Assembly: GCF_020745735.1 (NCBI RefSeq)
Contig: NC_083410.1
Span: 111,872,080 to 111,936,079, forward strand
Direction of reading: 5' to 3'
From: Hemiscyllium ocellatum
Lineage: Eukaryota
Length of the DNA stretch: 64,000 nt
The notes below the pieces were generated by a model. It was not told where the DNA came from, did not search any database, and saw only the letters and a program-made list of their open reading frames with translations. The position numbers and the translations under genes are program-made. This document shows positions 11,401-26,400 of this stretch, in pieces. Positions within the stretch are counted from its first letter, which is position 1. Each line of letters opens with the position of its first letter.

Positions 11401-14400
11401 AACTTACAAGATAATACATGGCTTAGAAAGGGTGGACGCTAGGAAATTGTTTCCGTTAGGTGAGGAGACTAGGACCCGTGGGCACAGCCTGAGAATTAGA
11501 GGGGGTAAATTCAGAACAGAAATGCGGAGACATTTCTTCAGGCAGAGAGTGGTGGGCCTGTGGAATTCATTGCCGCAGAGTGCAGTGGAGGCCGGGAAGC
11601 TAAATGTCTTCAAGGCAGAGATTGATAAATTCTTGATGTCACAAGGAATTAAGGGCTACGGGGAGAATGCGGGTAAGTGGAGTTGAAATGCCCATCAGCC
11701 ATGATTAAATGGCGGAGTGGACTTGATGGGCCGAATGGCCTTACTTCCACTCTCGTATGGTCTTATTCTGTACCTGAGGCTGAAATGTTACAATAAGATT
11801 GTATTTATAAACGATTCATTTTAGTCTTGAATTAAAAATGCTTTCATTTCAGAGTTGTGATTCAAATTCAAATAAGTCAAGATCTGACTGTTTAGAATTG
11901 ATAGTGGGGCAGGCATGGTCTCTAAGAACAGTAAGTAAGTTAAAGCTTCACCAATATTACCTTTCACAGAGTTTGTATTTCATAACCAGTAATGGCTACT
12001 CAAAATCATCAGAATGTCTCTGTTTCCCTCTCTCGCCCCCTCCCCCCTCCAGGAATAGCCATGAATGTGATATTCTGCGTATCCTGGGTTCCCCCTTTTT
12101 GTGGCCTGATGCCTCCCTACCTGTCTTGTTTATTTCCGATTTGGAGGTGCCGGTGTTGTACTGGGGTGTACAAAGTTAAAAATCACACAACACCAGGTTA
12201 TAGTCCAACAGGTTTAATTGGAAGCACGAGCTTTCGGATCAACGCTCCTTCATCAGGACTATCACCTCATGTGATTTTTAACTTTGTTTATTTCCTACTT
12301 TTGTAGCAAATCTGTTCTATAATTCAGTGTTACATTTAGTCTAAATGTTTAAGGACAAGTTTTAAGGCTGTTGACTTTCTCAAAGGGGGTCAAGCTTTAG
12401 GAGGAGAAAAAGATATCAGCTATGCTCAAGGGTGGCCAACCACACATTGCAGAAACTCCGAAGGAAAATGTGCAGAAAGAGAAGTAAATCTGTTCTGCTT
12501 GCCAAACTTGGCCTAAATGTGGCTCCATATCCACCATATTGTGGTCTGTTTTGAACTGGTTTCCACCATGTCTGAGAAAGCCACTGCATTGTGTTGAAAA
12601 AGACAGCTCATCACAAACACTTGGGGATGAACAGTAATGCTGGCCCAACCCACATTGCCTGACTGAATAAAAAACACTTGCTCCTGTAGGTGGCAGTAGT
12701 CAGCTAGTTTTGAGTAATTCTAGGAATGTTTCCTGAGCTGTGACCCCCAAAATTCAGCAGGAAAACAGGTTCATTCATCTGCTGGATCTCCCATTTCAAA
12801 TCTCTGCTTTGCCCAGTATTCCAGAGGTTGCAGTGATATAAAACTATCTTCCAAATAATACTACATAAGAACATTATAATGAATTTGTTTTTTTTCTTGT
12901 TCACTTATATGGAGGATTCCACAGAATTAGTTTGTTGAGAAGTGTTTGTCATAATTTAGTGTGGGTCGGGAGCCACATCAAGGTCAGACTGGGTAACGAC
13001 GGCAGATTTCCCTTCCAAAAAATGATGAATCAACATTTGTCACAAAATGGGTGAATGATGAGTACTGATAGAAGTTAGTATCAATGTATGAAGTTTGAGC
13101 AGGAATGGGTTAGTTGGCTCCTCCAGCCTGTTCTGCCACTCAGAAATCATGGCTGATCCACTTCGTCTACAACACCCCAACTCCTGGAAGCTTTGACTCT
13201 TTGCTTTTCAAGATTCCATCCACCTCACTTTAAAAGTACTCAAAGACAGTGCTTCAACTGCTTTTTGTGGGAGAGTTCCAAAGACACTCAACTCCTCGGA
13301 AGGAAAGAAATTCTCCTTATTACGTGCATGACCCCCTTATGTCAGTGAGCCCTAGTTCTAGCTTCTTCTGCAAGAGGAAGTATCTTCCCCACGTCCACCC
13401 CCTCAAGGCTCCTAAAGATCTTGCACATTTCAGTTCAATCACCTCTGACTTCTCTAAACTCCAATGGATATGGGCCGAGCCCCTCCAACTGATTGTCATA
13501 AGACAACTGCCCGTTCTACGTGCTCATCTGGTAAACCTTATCTGAAACTCTTCTCTTGTGTTTACTTTTTGGTTTAATGTGACCAGTACTGTGCACAGTA
13601 CCCAAAATGTGAGAAATGACTGGTTTGAAAGAGTGAAGTGTGAGGTAAACATCAGAAACAGAAATGGCAAGAGGTCCCTTGTGGGAATAGTTTAGAGGCA
13701 CTCGGACAGTAGTTATGTCGTAGAATGGAATATATGGGTGCAGATAAACAGAGAGGTAAGAAACGTCCTGCAGGAATCGTGGATAACTTTGACCTATAAG
13801 TCGATTTACTGAATGAGATTGGCCAAGCAAAACTGGAAAATGGGTTTGTGTATTCAAGACAGTTTCTGAAAGCAGTATATTCGAAACCCACCCAGGGAGC
13901 AGGCTGTCCTTCACCTTATTCCAAGCAGTGAGACAGGATCGTGCCATGAAAGCTGCCAGGTGACAGCAATCATGACATGATAGAATTTCACATTGCATTT
14001 GAAAGGAAGAAGTTTGGATCTCTGACTGGTCTTACAAGCCTAAATAAATATCTCGATAGGATATGAAAGTAGAGCTAACTTAATTGAACTGGGAAACTAG
14101 GTTAAAAAGCTAGAACAGTGGAGTTGCAATGGCAGATTGTAAGGAGCTATCTAATAACAGTCAAAAATGATTAATCCTTGTGAGAAAGAAAGACTGTGTC
14201 TGAGAAGGTTATTCATCCAAAGCTGAATAATGAAGCTAAGAATAGTCATACAGTCACAGAGATGTACAGCAAGGAAACAGGCCCTTCGGTCCGACTTATC
14301 CATGTTCACTAGATATCTGAAATTAATCTAGGCCAATTTGCCAACACTTGGCCCATATCCCTCTAAACCTTCTTATTCATGTACACATCCAGATGCCTTA

Positions 14401-17400
14401 TAAATGTTGTACTTGTACCAGCCTCTACCACTTCCTCTGGCAGCTCATTCCATACATGCAACACCTTCTGTGTGAAAAAGTTGCCCCTTGGGAACCCTTT
14501 AAATCTGTCCTCTTTCACTTTAAACTTCCAACTTCCCCTACCCCAGGGAAAAGACTTTATCTGTTAACCTTATCCATGTCCTTGATGATTGTATATGATT
14601 TGGAGATGCCGGTGTTGGATTGGGGTGCACAAAGTTAAAAATCACACAACATCAGGTTACAGTCCAACAGGTTTATTTGGAAGCGCTAGCTTTCGGAGTG
14701 CTGCTCGCACATTTTATCAACCTCATTAAAATCACCCCCTCGGCCTCTGACTTTTCAGGTAAATAGCCCCAGCCTATTCAGCCTCTCCCTTTAGCTGAAA
14801 CCATGGCAACATCCTTGTAAATCTTTTCTGAACTATTTCAGGTTTCACAACATCCTTCCTATAGCAAGGAGACCAAAATTGAATGCAGTATTCCAAAAGT
14901 GTCCTAACCTATGTCCTGTACAGCCACAATATGACCCCTCCACTCGTATACTGAATGCACTGACCAATAACGGCAAGCATACCAAAGTTATCAACCATAT
15001 AACACCAGGTGATAGTCGAACAGGTTTATTTGGAAGCACTAACTTTTGGAGCACTGCTCCTTCAGGTGGTTGTGGAGTATAAGATCATAAGATGCAGAAT
15101 TTATAGCAAAAGTTTACAGTGTGATGTAATTGTAAATATGTATTGAAAAACACCTGGATTGTTTAAGTCTCATCTTTTAGAATGACCGTGGTGGTTTCAG
15201 TTCTTTCATATGTAAATTGCAGAACTTTTTAAAATTACATTCTCAAGTTAACTTTAGCAATAGGTGTCATGCTGGCCCAGATAATGCATTGAAGGTGTGA
15301 GACTGTCTGTGCCCCAACATTCAGACTGATTCTGATCTTAAAAAAACGATTTACAGAATCTTACATGGATTCATGCAGTTTTTGAGCAAAATGAAAAGTA
15401 ATTCTGCAAGTACAAATTCACCCCACAAACTTGTGGGTGTGTATGTTGGGGGGTGGTTATGAGTGCCTGTGAGTGTGTGCGCACGCGTGAGTGTAAAGAG
15501 GTGTAAGTCTGTGAGCGGGGGTGTGTGTGACTGTATGTGTGAATGCATAAGAGAGGGTCTGAATGAGTATGGGTCTGTAGGAGTGTGTGTGTAGTGCAGT
15601 GGGGTCACCTGTCGTGTGACTTGAGGCCATCCCCATGGGTACCAAACTTGGCTATTAGCCTCTGCTCAGCCACTTTACATTGGTGCCTGTCCGGAAGTCC
15701 ACCTTGGAGGATGGTCACCCGTAGGTCGAGTGTCCCGGACTGCTGAAGTACTTCTCTTCAACTGGGAGGGAACACTTCTCTCAGTTGATTTGTTGTGCAG
15801 TGTCCATCCATCTGTTGCCATAGCCTCTGCTTGGTCTCACTAATGTACCATGCTTCAGGGCATCCTTGCCTACAGCGTATGAGATAGACAATGTTGGCTG
15901 AGGTGCATGATACCTGCCACGTACATGGGTGGTTGGTGTGCCCACTTGTATCGTTGGTATCTGTGTCGACACTCTGACATGTCTTGAGGGGTCTACCGTG
16001 ACAGGGTTGTACGGTGTTGTCCTGAAAGCCGGGCAGTTTGCTGCGAACAATGATCTGTTTGAGATTTGGTGGTTGTTTAAAGGTGAGAAGTGGAGGTGTG
16101 GGCAAGGTCTTGGCGAGGTGCTCATCCTCATTGGTAATGTGTTGCAGGCTGCGAAGAACATGGCAGAGTTTTTCGGCTCCTGGGAAGTACTGAACAATGA
16201 AGGGTACCCTGTCAGTTGCAGCTCATGTCTGTCTCTCGAGGTCATCACGGTTTCTCGCTGTTGCACATTGGAACCGGCGGCTGATGAGTTGAGCAGCATA
16301 CCCCGTTTTTATGAGGGTGTCCTTGAATACTTCCAGGTGCCCATCATGTTCCTCTTCATTGAAACAGATCCTGTGCTTGTGTAGGGCTGGTCCACAGGGG
16401 ATGGCTGTTTTAATATATTTCAGGTGGAAGCTGGAGAAGTGCAGCATGGTGAGGTTATCCATGGGTTTGTGGTAGTGTGAGGTGCTCAGCATACCAAATG
16501 CCCCCTTCACTATCCCATCTACCTGTGACTACTTTCAAGGAATTATAAACTAAGATCTTTGTTCAGCGACACTCCCCAAGACTTTACCATTTAACGTTTC
16601 AGTCCTGCCCTGATTTGTGTTTCTAAAATGCAGCACCTCACATTTATCTAAAGTAAACTCCATTTGCCACTCCTCGGCCCATTGGCCCTTCTGTCCAAGA
16701 TCCCATTGTACTCTGAAGTGACCTTCGCTGTCCACCACGCCTCTAATTTTGGTGTCATCTGCAAATGTAGTAACCATACCTCCTATATTCATATCCAAAT
16801 CATATTATAGAAATGAAAAGCAGTGGACCCATCACCGATCCTTGTGGCACACTGCTGATCACAGGCCTCTAGTCCGAAAAGCAACCCTTCGTCACCAGTC
16901 TCTGTCTTCTACCTTGGACCCAGTTCTGTATCCAAATGGCTAGTTCTCCCTGTATTCCATGAGATCTAATCTTGCTAACCTGTCTATGATGAGAAACCTT
17001 GTCAAACACTGTACTGATGTCCATATAGATCATTGCAACCGGTCTGCCCTCATCAATCCTCTTTGTTAGAGAGGTGCTTGAGAGGTGACTTCATTGAGAT
17101 ATACAAGATGATCAGAGGGTTAAATCAGGTGGACAGTGAGAGCCTTTTTCCTCAGATGGTGATGGCTAGTATGAGGGGACATAGCTTTAATTTGGGGTGT
17201 GATAGATATAGGACAGATATCGGAGGTAGTTTACTCAGAGTAGTCAAGGCGTGGAACACACTGCCTGCAACACCTCCAGACTCGCCAACTTTACAGGCAT
17301 TTAAATGGTCATTGGATAGGGATATGGACAAGAATGGAATAGTGTATGTTAGATGGGCTTCAGATTGGTTCCAAGGGCGGCGCAACATCAAGGGTCGAAG

Positions 17401-20400
17401 GGCCTGTACTGCACTATGATGTTCTATGCTATTTTAAAAAAAAAACTTCAGTTTGTGAGGCATGCTTTCCCATGCACAAAGCCATGCTGACTATTCCTAA
17501 TCATGATTTGGGGACACCGGTGTTGGACTGAGGTGTGCTAAGTTAAAAATCACACAACACTAGGTTATAGTCCAACAGGTTTATTTGGAAGCACCTGCTT
17601 TCAGAGCACTGCTCCTTATCCACAACCACCTGATGAAGGAGCAGTGTTTTGATAGCTAGTGTTTCCAAATAAACCTGTTGGACTATAACCTGGTGTTGTG
17701 CAATTTTTAACTTTATATCCCTAATCAGTCCTTGCTTTTCCAAATACATGTAAATCTGTCCCTCAGGATTCCCTCCAACAATTTACCCATAACAATGTCA
17801 GGCTCACTGGTCTGTAGTTGCTTGGTTTTTCCTGACCACCTTTCTTAAGTACTGGCACGATATTAGCCAACCTCCAGTCTTCTGCCACCTCACCTGTGGC
17901 TTTCGATAATACAAATATCTCAGCAAAGGGCCCAGCATCTCTTCCGTATCGTCTGAGTTCTAAGATACACCTGAGCAGGTCCCGTGAAGTTATTCATCTT
18001 TATGCATTTTGAACCATCCATCACCACTTCCACTATAATATGAATATTTTTCAAGATATCGCTACTTATTTCCCCATATTCTATATCTTCCATATCCTTC
18101 TATACAAGAAGCTTTCTTGGCCTCTTCATGAGGACGCACTGGTTAAAAAGGCCCAATAACGTCGTCTCTTCCTCAGGCAGCTGAGAAAATTTGGCGTAGT
18201 GGCAAATACTCTTGCCAACTTTTATAGGTGTACCATTGAGAGCATTCAGTCTGGATGTGTCACTACCTGGTACGGCAACTGTACCATTCAGGATCGGAGA
18301 CGGTTACAGAGAGTGGTGAACTCGGCCGGACAATCACAAAGGCCAACCTCCCATCTATAGAATCCATCTCCCAGGCCCACTGTCAAGGAAAGGCCGCCAG
18401 CATTCTCGAAGATCCTTCCTATCCTGGCAATGCTTTTCTACAACCTCTACCATCGGGGAGAAGGTACAGAAGCCTGAACACATGCACCATGTGGTTTTGC
18501 AACAGTTTCTGCCCTACTGTGGTTAGAATACTGAATGGACTCTCAAAATTTTAGCATTTGCCTGAAGCTTTGTTTTTGTTTTGCAGCTGTTTATCTATTA
18601 TTTACTTATTTATGCTACTTAACTCTGTGATCTGCCTGTATCGCTCGCGAGACAAAGCTTTTCACTGTGCCTCAGTACACGTGACAATAAATTCAATTCA
18701 ATTCAACACTGATGCAAAATAATCATTTAGTATCTTCTCCATCTCCTGCAGTTCCACACATAGGGTGTCTTGCTGATGTTTGAGGGGTCTATCCTCTCCC
18801 TCGTTATCCGTTTGGGCGGCACAGTGGTTAGCACTGCTGCCTCACAGCACCAGAGACCCGGGTTCAATTCCCGACTCAGGCGACTGACTGTGTGGAGTTT
18901 GCACGTTCTCCCCGTGTCTGCGTGGGTTTCCTCCGGGTGCTCTGGTTTCCTCCCACAGTCCAAAGATGTGCGGGTTAGGTGAATTGCCCATGCTAAATTG
19001 CCCGTAGTGTTAGTTAAGGGGTAAATGTAGGGGTATGGTTGGTGTGGACTTGTTGGGCCGAAGGGCCTGTTTCCACACTGTAAATAATCTAATCCTTTTG
19101 TCCTCAATATATTTGCAGAATCACTTTGGATGCTCCTTAACCTTATCTGCCAAATCTATCTCATGTCCCCTTTTTGCCCTCCTGATTTCCCTCTTTAGCA
19201 TACCCCTACTGCCTTTATACTCTTGGGATTCACTTGATCTCTGATGTCTATACATGACATGTTCGTTCTTGATTTTCGAGACCAATATCTAGTTATCCAG
19301 CATTCTCTACACCTACCAGCCTTGCCCTTCACACTAACAGGAACATACTATCTCTGGACTCTCATGAGCTAATTTTTGAAGGCTTCCCACTTTTCAGCTG
19401 ATGTCTGCCCATCATCAACTTTTGAATACCGACAAAATTGGCCTTCCTCCAGTTTGGAACATCAACTTTTTATCCGGTCTATCCTTTTCCATCACTTTTA
19501 AAACTAATAGAATTATGGTTGCTAGTCCAAAGTTCTCCACTGACAGCTTAGTCACCTGCCCTGCCTTATTTCCCAAGAGTAGGTCAAGGTTTGCACCTCC
19601 TCTAGTAGGTATAGCCAGGCAGTGAATCAGGAAACTTTTTGTACACCCTTAACAAATTCCTCTCCATCCAAGCCCTGAACACTATGGCAGTCCCAATCTA
19701 TATTTGGAAATTAAAATCCATCAACCAGAACCACTATTATTCTTGCAAATCTCCTTACAATTTGTTTGTCAATTTCCTCCTGACGACTGGAGAGGTTGAA
19801 AGTACAATCCCAATAAGGTGATCAATCACTTGTTATTTCTCAGTTCCAGCCAAATACCTTCCCTGGATGTATTCCCAGGAATATCCTCCCTAAGTACAGC
19901 CACAATGTTATCCTTATCAAAAGCGCCACTCCCCCTCCTCTTGCGCACTCCCCTCCCAGCTTTCGATCCTTTGTATAGCATTTATACAGCATTAAGCTGC
20001 TAGTCCTGTCCATCACTAAGCCACGTCTCTCTAATTGCTGTGATATTCCAGTTCCATGTTCCCAACTGTGCCCTGAGTTCATCTGCCTTGGCCATCAGGC
20101 CTCTTAACATTGAAGTAAATGCAGTTTAATTTATCTGTCTGACCTCACTCTCTGCTTTATTTCTGCCCGCACTGACTGTTTGACTTGATCTTTTTCCCGA
20201 CTGTACCAGTCTCAGACTGATATTTCCTCACTGTCTCCCTAGTTCCCAACCAGTGCCTCCACCCTCTCCAAACTAGTTCAAATCTTCCCGTGCTGTGACC
20301 TTTCCCACACTGGTTTCTCCAAGGTCCTCTGTGAATTTCTCTGTTCATCATTTTTCTTAGACAAAATCCAATATCCATACTCACTTAAAATCAAACAGCA

Positions 20401-23400
20401 GAGCAGTTAGCTGTGCAGAGTCACTGCTAGGTCAGACAGCAGTGCAGGTTTGTTTCTGTTTGATTCACTTCCCATGTGGTCACTGCCTTTGCCTGTCTTC
20501 CTTTTGTTGTTGTTTTGATATTTTTGTCTCTGAAGTTCCAAAACAGTGCAACAGCTTAGAAAACAGAAAGTAATGCTACTAGAATTCAAGGAAATCACTC
20601 CAATGCTGACAACACATCCAAAAAAGGAATAACTGTTAAAGCCACAATTTTATCCTGTCCTCCATCTTGGCTAGTGTTGAATTGAAAGGAAGACTTTACT
20701 GTGTTCAGTGGTAGGACAGAAGATTGGCCAAGTTTAAGAACCAGGAAAGAATGGTTAAAATATGAAAAGGGGTTTAGTAGAATATGAGTGAGCTGGCTTG
20801 TCATGTGAAAGGTGATTTCACTTCTGGTCTCTCTACTATTGCAAAGATGTTAACTTGAAAGGGTTCTGAAAAGATTCACAAGGATGTTGCCAGGGTTAGA
20901 GGATTTGAGCTACAGGGAGAGGCTGAATAGATTGGGGCTGTTTTCCCTGGAGGGTTGGAGGCTGAGAGGTGACCTTATAGAGGTTTATAAAATCATGAGG
21001 GGCATGGAAAGGATAAATAGACATGGTCGTTTCCCCTGGAGAAGGAGAGGATATAGGTTTAAGGTGAGAGAGGAAAGATTTAAAAGGAAGCTGAGGGGCA
21101 ATGTTTTCACGCAGAGGTGGTGAAGGTGGGTATAATTACAAGATTTAAAAGGCGTCTGGAGGGATCCATGAAAGCAAGGCTTTAAAGGGATATGGTCTAA
21201 ATGCTGGTAAGTAGGATTCGATCACTCTGGGATATCAGGTTGGTGTGGATGAGTTGGAGTGAAGGCTCTGTTTCTGTCCTATATAACACTATGACTTTAA
21301 GTATTTAAATAGGGCAAGTGGAACAAATGTTAGTGTCAGCCCTTCAACAAATAAGTTTAGATAAATAGAAAATAGTTCACAAGGAAATGGTGGTGTATGG
21401 AACAGGTACTTTGCACCTATAAATAAGGACATGAATGACAGGGAGGAAATTAAAACAATTGCTGTCACCAGGGAAAAGATACTATTGGAAATAAAAATGG
21501 CACCCCAAGACAGGATGGCGCGTATCCTCTGGACTATCTCTGATCACACAGCGGTACATTGGAGGTTAAAGACAAGAGTGAGGGGCTAGGTTTGCGGCAC
21601 TGGTGTCTGAACCCTTTTCTCCTTAAGGATTCCAAATGTGTGGAATTCTTTTTAAAGGTGTTTCAGGAATTGTTGACTATCAACTCAGGCATGGCTAGTA
21701 GTCCGTCCATGCTATGGGAGACTGCCAAGGCCTTTATGATCATCACCAACGGGGTGAAGTCTGGGAATTTTACAATTGATCGGAGTAGTCTGCAAGGCCA
21801 CCCCCTCTCACCATTGTTGTTTCCGTTGGTGATAGAACTGCTGGCAGAGGCCATTCGTCAGTACGTCCACATAACCGCTCTGGAATTGGGATGAGCTACT
21901 TCATATTCGGCTAGCTGGAAGGGACAGAAGGAGGAACAGCAGCATCTACTTGAATCACAGTTGAAAGCCTCCAAGACGCACATTTTGAATGGTCTTCGAT
22001 GACTAAGCTACAGCGAATCACGGCCCCCCCGGGCTGCCTTGAATTCAATACTGACACAAACTGCTAAGAAAGAACTCGCTTTTGTTAGACAAAGGCTGTT
22101 CGAATATGGGAATAGGCCAGGAAAGTATTTAGCAACCCGACTAGGAAAATGCATTCTCCCCAATCCGTGACTGCAATCGGAGACAGTGCCGCAGTCCTTA
22201 CATATGATGCTAAAAAGATTAATGATGCTTTTCGGAGCTTTTACTCTGAATTCAATCAGTCTGAAGGTTGTGAGGACAGGAGGGCTAAAATGGAGACCTT
22301 TGTTAGGAACCTGGACCTCCCAGGGGTAACCTTGGAACAGGACTGTCTCCTTAATGCCCCCTTGACATTTCAGGAAATACAGGAGGCAGCTAGACCATTT
22401 CAGAGTGGGAAAGCGCCTGGCCCTGATGGTCTCCCGGGTGAGTTTTATAAGGAGTTTATAGGGATTCTGTCAGGGCCGATGTTGGAGATGTACAATCACT
22501 CCTATATGCATGAATGCCTACCACCATCTTTGAGAGAAGCTAATATTTCCTTAATTCTTAAGAAGAAGTTTCCTGAGGATCTTGGCACTGACATTGGAAA
22601 AGGTGTTGCCCCATATTAAAGAGGACCAAACAGGCTTTATAAGAGACCGTAGATCCTCTAATAGTATTAGAAGGTTGCTGAATGTGGTCCAACTTTGTCA
22701 GCAATGATCGATTCAGGGGTTAGTGATTTCCTTGGACGCAGAGAAAGCATTTGACTGGGTGGAATGGCCATATCTTTTTTATGTCTTGGAACAGTTTGGG
22801 TTGGGTGGGGTCTTTGCGAGGTGGGTGGAGGTTTTATATCGCCACCCTCTGGCCACGGTCATCACCAACGGGGTGAAGTCTGCAAGGCCGCCCCCTCTCA
22901 CCATTGTTGTTTACCTTGGTGATAGAACCGCTGGCAGAGGCCATTCGTCAGAACGTCCACATAACTGCTCCAGAATTGGGATGGAGGACACACAAGATTA
23001 CACTGTACATGGATGATGTCCTTCTGTTTTTGCCGAACCTGATGATCTCCATACCCCATGTGGTACAATATATCAATTCATTTGGGGCTGTTTTAGGATA
23101 TAAGATTAACTTTGGCAAATCAGAGGCTCTGCCCATGGGTAACCTCAAGGATGCACCAAAGATTGAAGGTGGCCCAAGGTTCCCTTTTAAGTGGTCACGG
23201 GTGGGGTTCCGGTACCTAGGCATTTTTATTACCCCCAAGTTTGATCTGTTATTTCGGACTAACTTTGCTCATTTGCTCAACAATATTAGACGAGATCACC
23301 AGAGATGGGAGGGTCTTCCAATTTCTCTCATTAAGATGAATGTTCTTCCTTGTTTGCTTTATCCCATGCGTATGCTCCCTATAATGTTTCCCGGGTCAAC

Positions 23401-26400
23401 GCTGTGGAGACTCATGGGTTAGTTTGGTTCCTTTGAATGGCATCATGGGTGGCACCTCATCAAACTTATTAAATTGCAGTTGCCTCAAGGAGGGAGAGGA
23501 GTTGATTTCCCAGACATCAGGAGGTATCAGTTGAGTTTCCTGCTGTCCTTTGTCTGTAATTGGGTAGGTAACGATACAAACTCAATATGGCTGGATATCG
23601 AGGCCTGCCAGGCAAAGTGCCCTCTTATTAACCTATTGTTCATGGATAAGATGAGGACAGTTATGGACCACTGCCGGAACCCCACGTCATTAGTACAGTC
23701 AAGGCATGGAGGGTGATGCATCAGAGTGAGGGTTGCTTATCCAAGACTTTGCTGCAAATGTGTTGCTGGTCAAAGCACAGCAGGTTAGGCAGCATCTCAG
23801 GAATAGAGAATTCGACGTTTCGAGCATAAGCCCTTCATCAGGAACAAGAGGTATCCAAGACTTTGCCACTCACCCCCATAGTTGGTATGCCAGGGTTTCA
23901 ACCAGGGATGATACACTCAGGGTTCAAACTCTGGGCAGCAAGTTTGGGAGATTTGTTTGAGAGGGAGGTTATGATGTCTTTCGAGCAACTGAGCCGCAAA
24001 TACGGGCTGCCCAGCAGAGACGTTTTCCGTTTTTTTTTCAGGTTAGGGGTTTCATCCAGAAGAAGACCACGCTTCTCACTAAGCCCTATAAGCCCGAGAC
24101 ACAGAGGTTGTTGCTGTGTTCCACAAGAACCCTCTCAGTTCCTGGGCCTGGCAGGACATTAACCGGTTATGAGAGGTCTGGGAGCAAGTGCTGGGAGTGG
24201 AGATCTCTTCTGAAACATGGGAGAACATGTGGGAGAATGTGAGAAAGTGTAGGTACTCTTACCCATTGCTTCTGGACATGCCACAGGCTCCGTGTTTATT
24301 GCTGTGGTGGGAGAGATAGGGAGGGTATTGAGGACTGAAGTCAAAGTAGACCCAATATCTCTCCTCTTAGGTCTACTGAATTTACCATCTTTAGACAGGC
24401 ATGGGAAGAGACTATTTAATATTCTTGCATACTGTGTATGGAAGAATATTCTGATGAATTGGGTGTATGAGAACCCACTGGGATTGCTGGGATGGCAGAC
24501 ATTAATTATGGAGCACATTCGCTTGGATTTATTTTACAAACATGGTGCACCACACAACAGACCATTTTTATAAGACATGGCAGCCCTACTTCAGTTATTT
24601 GAATATAGATTTGTCAACTATCTTAACTAGGACATTTGGTTAACCAGAATGGTTAGATTTGTCAAGCCCTGGGCCCTGAAGAGGGGTCTCCTGAGTTAAT
24701 ACGGGAATATATACAATGGTCACATTCTTTTGTTTGGGAGCTTTATGCCGATCATAGCTGATCGGTCTTCCTGATTTTTTTTTGTTTTCTTTTGCTTTTT
24801 TTAAATCTATTAGTCATTTATTTATTTATTGGTGTTATTTTGCAGTGTTAAGGTTTGTTTTGTATTATAGGATAGGTTAGTAGTTTGTAGACAATTGTAA
24901 TTTGTGGGTTTTTTCTCTTTATTATACTGGTTTTTGTTATTGTTTGTATTTTTCAATAAATTTATGTTTGGAAAGTCAATTTTTTTTGCTAATAAGTATA
25001 TTTGAGTGTGTTTCATGAATTTATTCGAGGTCTATTAGGAATTACTCATCAATAGGTGGGGAGATAAAGAAGATAAAAGGTAGATGAAAGGGACCTGTAG
25101 ATGCTCCACACTTGAATTTCCAAAAGCATTTGATAAGGTTACTTCACAAGACAAGAGTTAATGTATTAATATAGATAAATGCTTTGTAAGCTAACAGGAA
25201 GCATAAAGTAGAGATAAATCAGTTTTAAGCTTGGAAAACATGGACTTGGAGAGTACCATGAAGATCCTGTTGCTCAATTCTTTTTGCAATCAATATCATT
25301 GACTTGGATAAATGGATAAAACGTAAGGCAACTAAATTTGTCAATGACTCCAATGTGGGTTAAGTAGTATGTTATCAAGAAGAGATAAGGGATAGATAAA
25401 TTTAGTTTGACAGGTTAAGTATGTGGGCAAAAGATATGGCAGATCAGAGTATAATATGGAAAATGTGGCAGGGAGAAAGAAAAGCAGCAAAACAAAACCC
25501 GCGGATGCTATAAATCAGAAACCGAAACAAATTGCTGGAGAAGCTCAGCAGGTCTGGTAGTATCTGTGGAGAGAAATAAGAGTAATCGCTTCAGGTCAGG
25601 TGATCCTTCCTTAGCTTGCTATTTATGTGGGGAAAGATTGTAAAACTTGGTGGTCCAGAATGACCTAGGGACTGTGGGATATGGGTAAAGTAGTGTTACT
25701 TCTGCAATTATAATAACTTATACAAAATCAATGAACTCACACCAGTGTGGAATTGTTTCAGCCAAGAGCGGAGTCAACAAGAATGGAAACTGTGGAGGAA
25801 ATGCAAAATTGTTTCTGTATTAGCTAAAAGTGTATGCAAGAAAGAAACGGGACAGCAAAACAATGGGAGATATTACAGGCAACTAGATAAGATGCTGTGA
25901 GGGGAGGAAGTTAAGCTAGATACGCCTGTACAAACAGTAGGTATAAACATCTGTTTCCCACTTTTACAGGAACACAGGAATAAACCCCAATTAAAAGGTT
26001 CTTTACAATAAGATGCTGAGAGGGGCGGCTCAGATGGAGGGAGTAGATAATGGTAAGGAAAGGATATGCCCATCAATGACCCACAGCAGGATGAGGTCAA
26101 ACAGCCGTCTGAGGCCAGAAATAAGCATTTTGTCACAGACAAGGCCGGATAAGGCAAGAGACAAACAGGAGTAATGGGTACTGGTCTTACGGAAGTGGAG
26201 GATGTAAACAGGGGAGAAGCAATGAAATAAAAAAAATGTAGAAACCAGATTATATACATATCAAGTATTCGTTGAATTCGGTGTATTTTGTCCCTGCCTT
26301 GTGGACAGTGGACATCGCACCCACTTGCAAGTGTGAAATAAATGACATTACTGATTCAGATCTTGTCTCGGACTGAAATTATTGAAGTGAGTGAGCTTAG

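Larger units (their letters stand above)
14243..20330 (-). mobile_element. Long degraded CR1 LINE interrupted by nested insertions
   Basis: Minus-strand ORF pieces (TTFADDTKI; [11 protein letters not shown]) are collinear from the 3' tail at 14243 to the endonuclease region near 20100. Confidence 0.75.

Noticed and set aside
18814-18880. tRNA gene-like A/B boxes
   Set aside because: These are SINE heads, not cloverleaf-forming tRNA genes.
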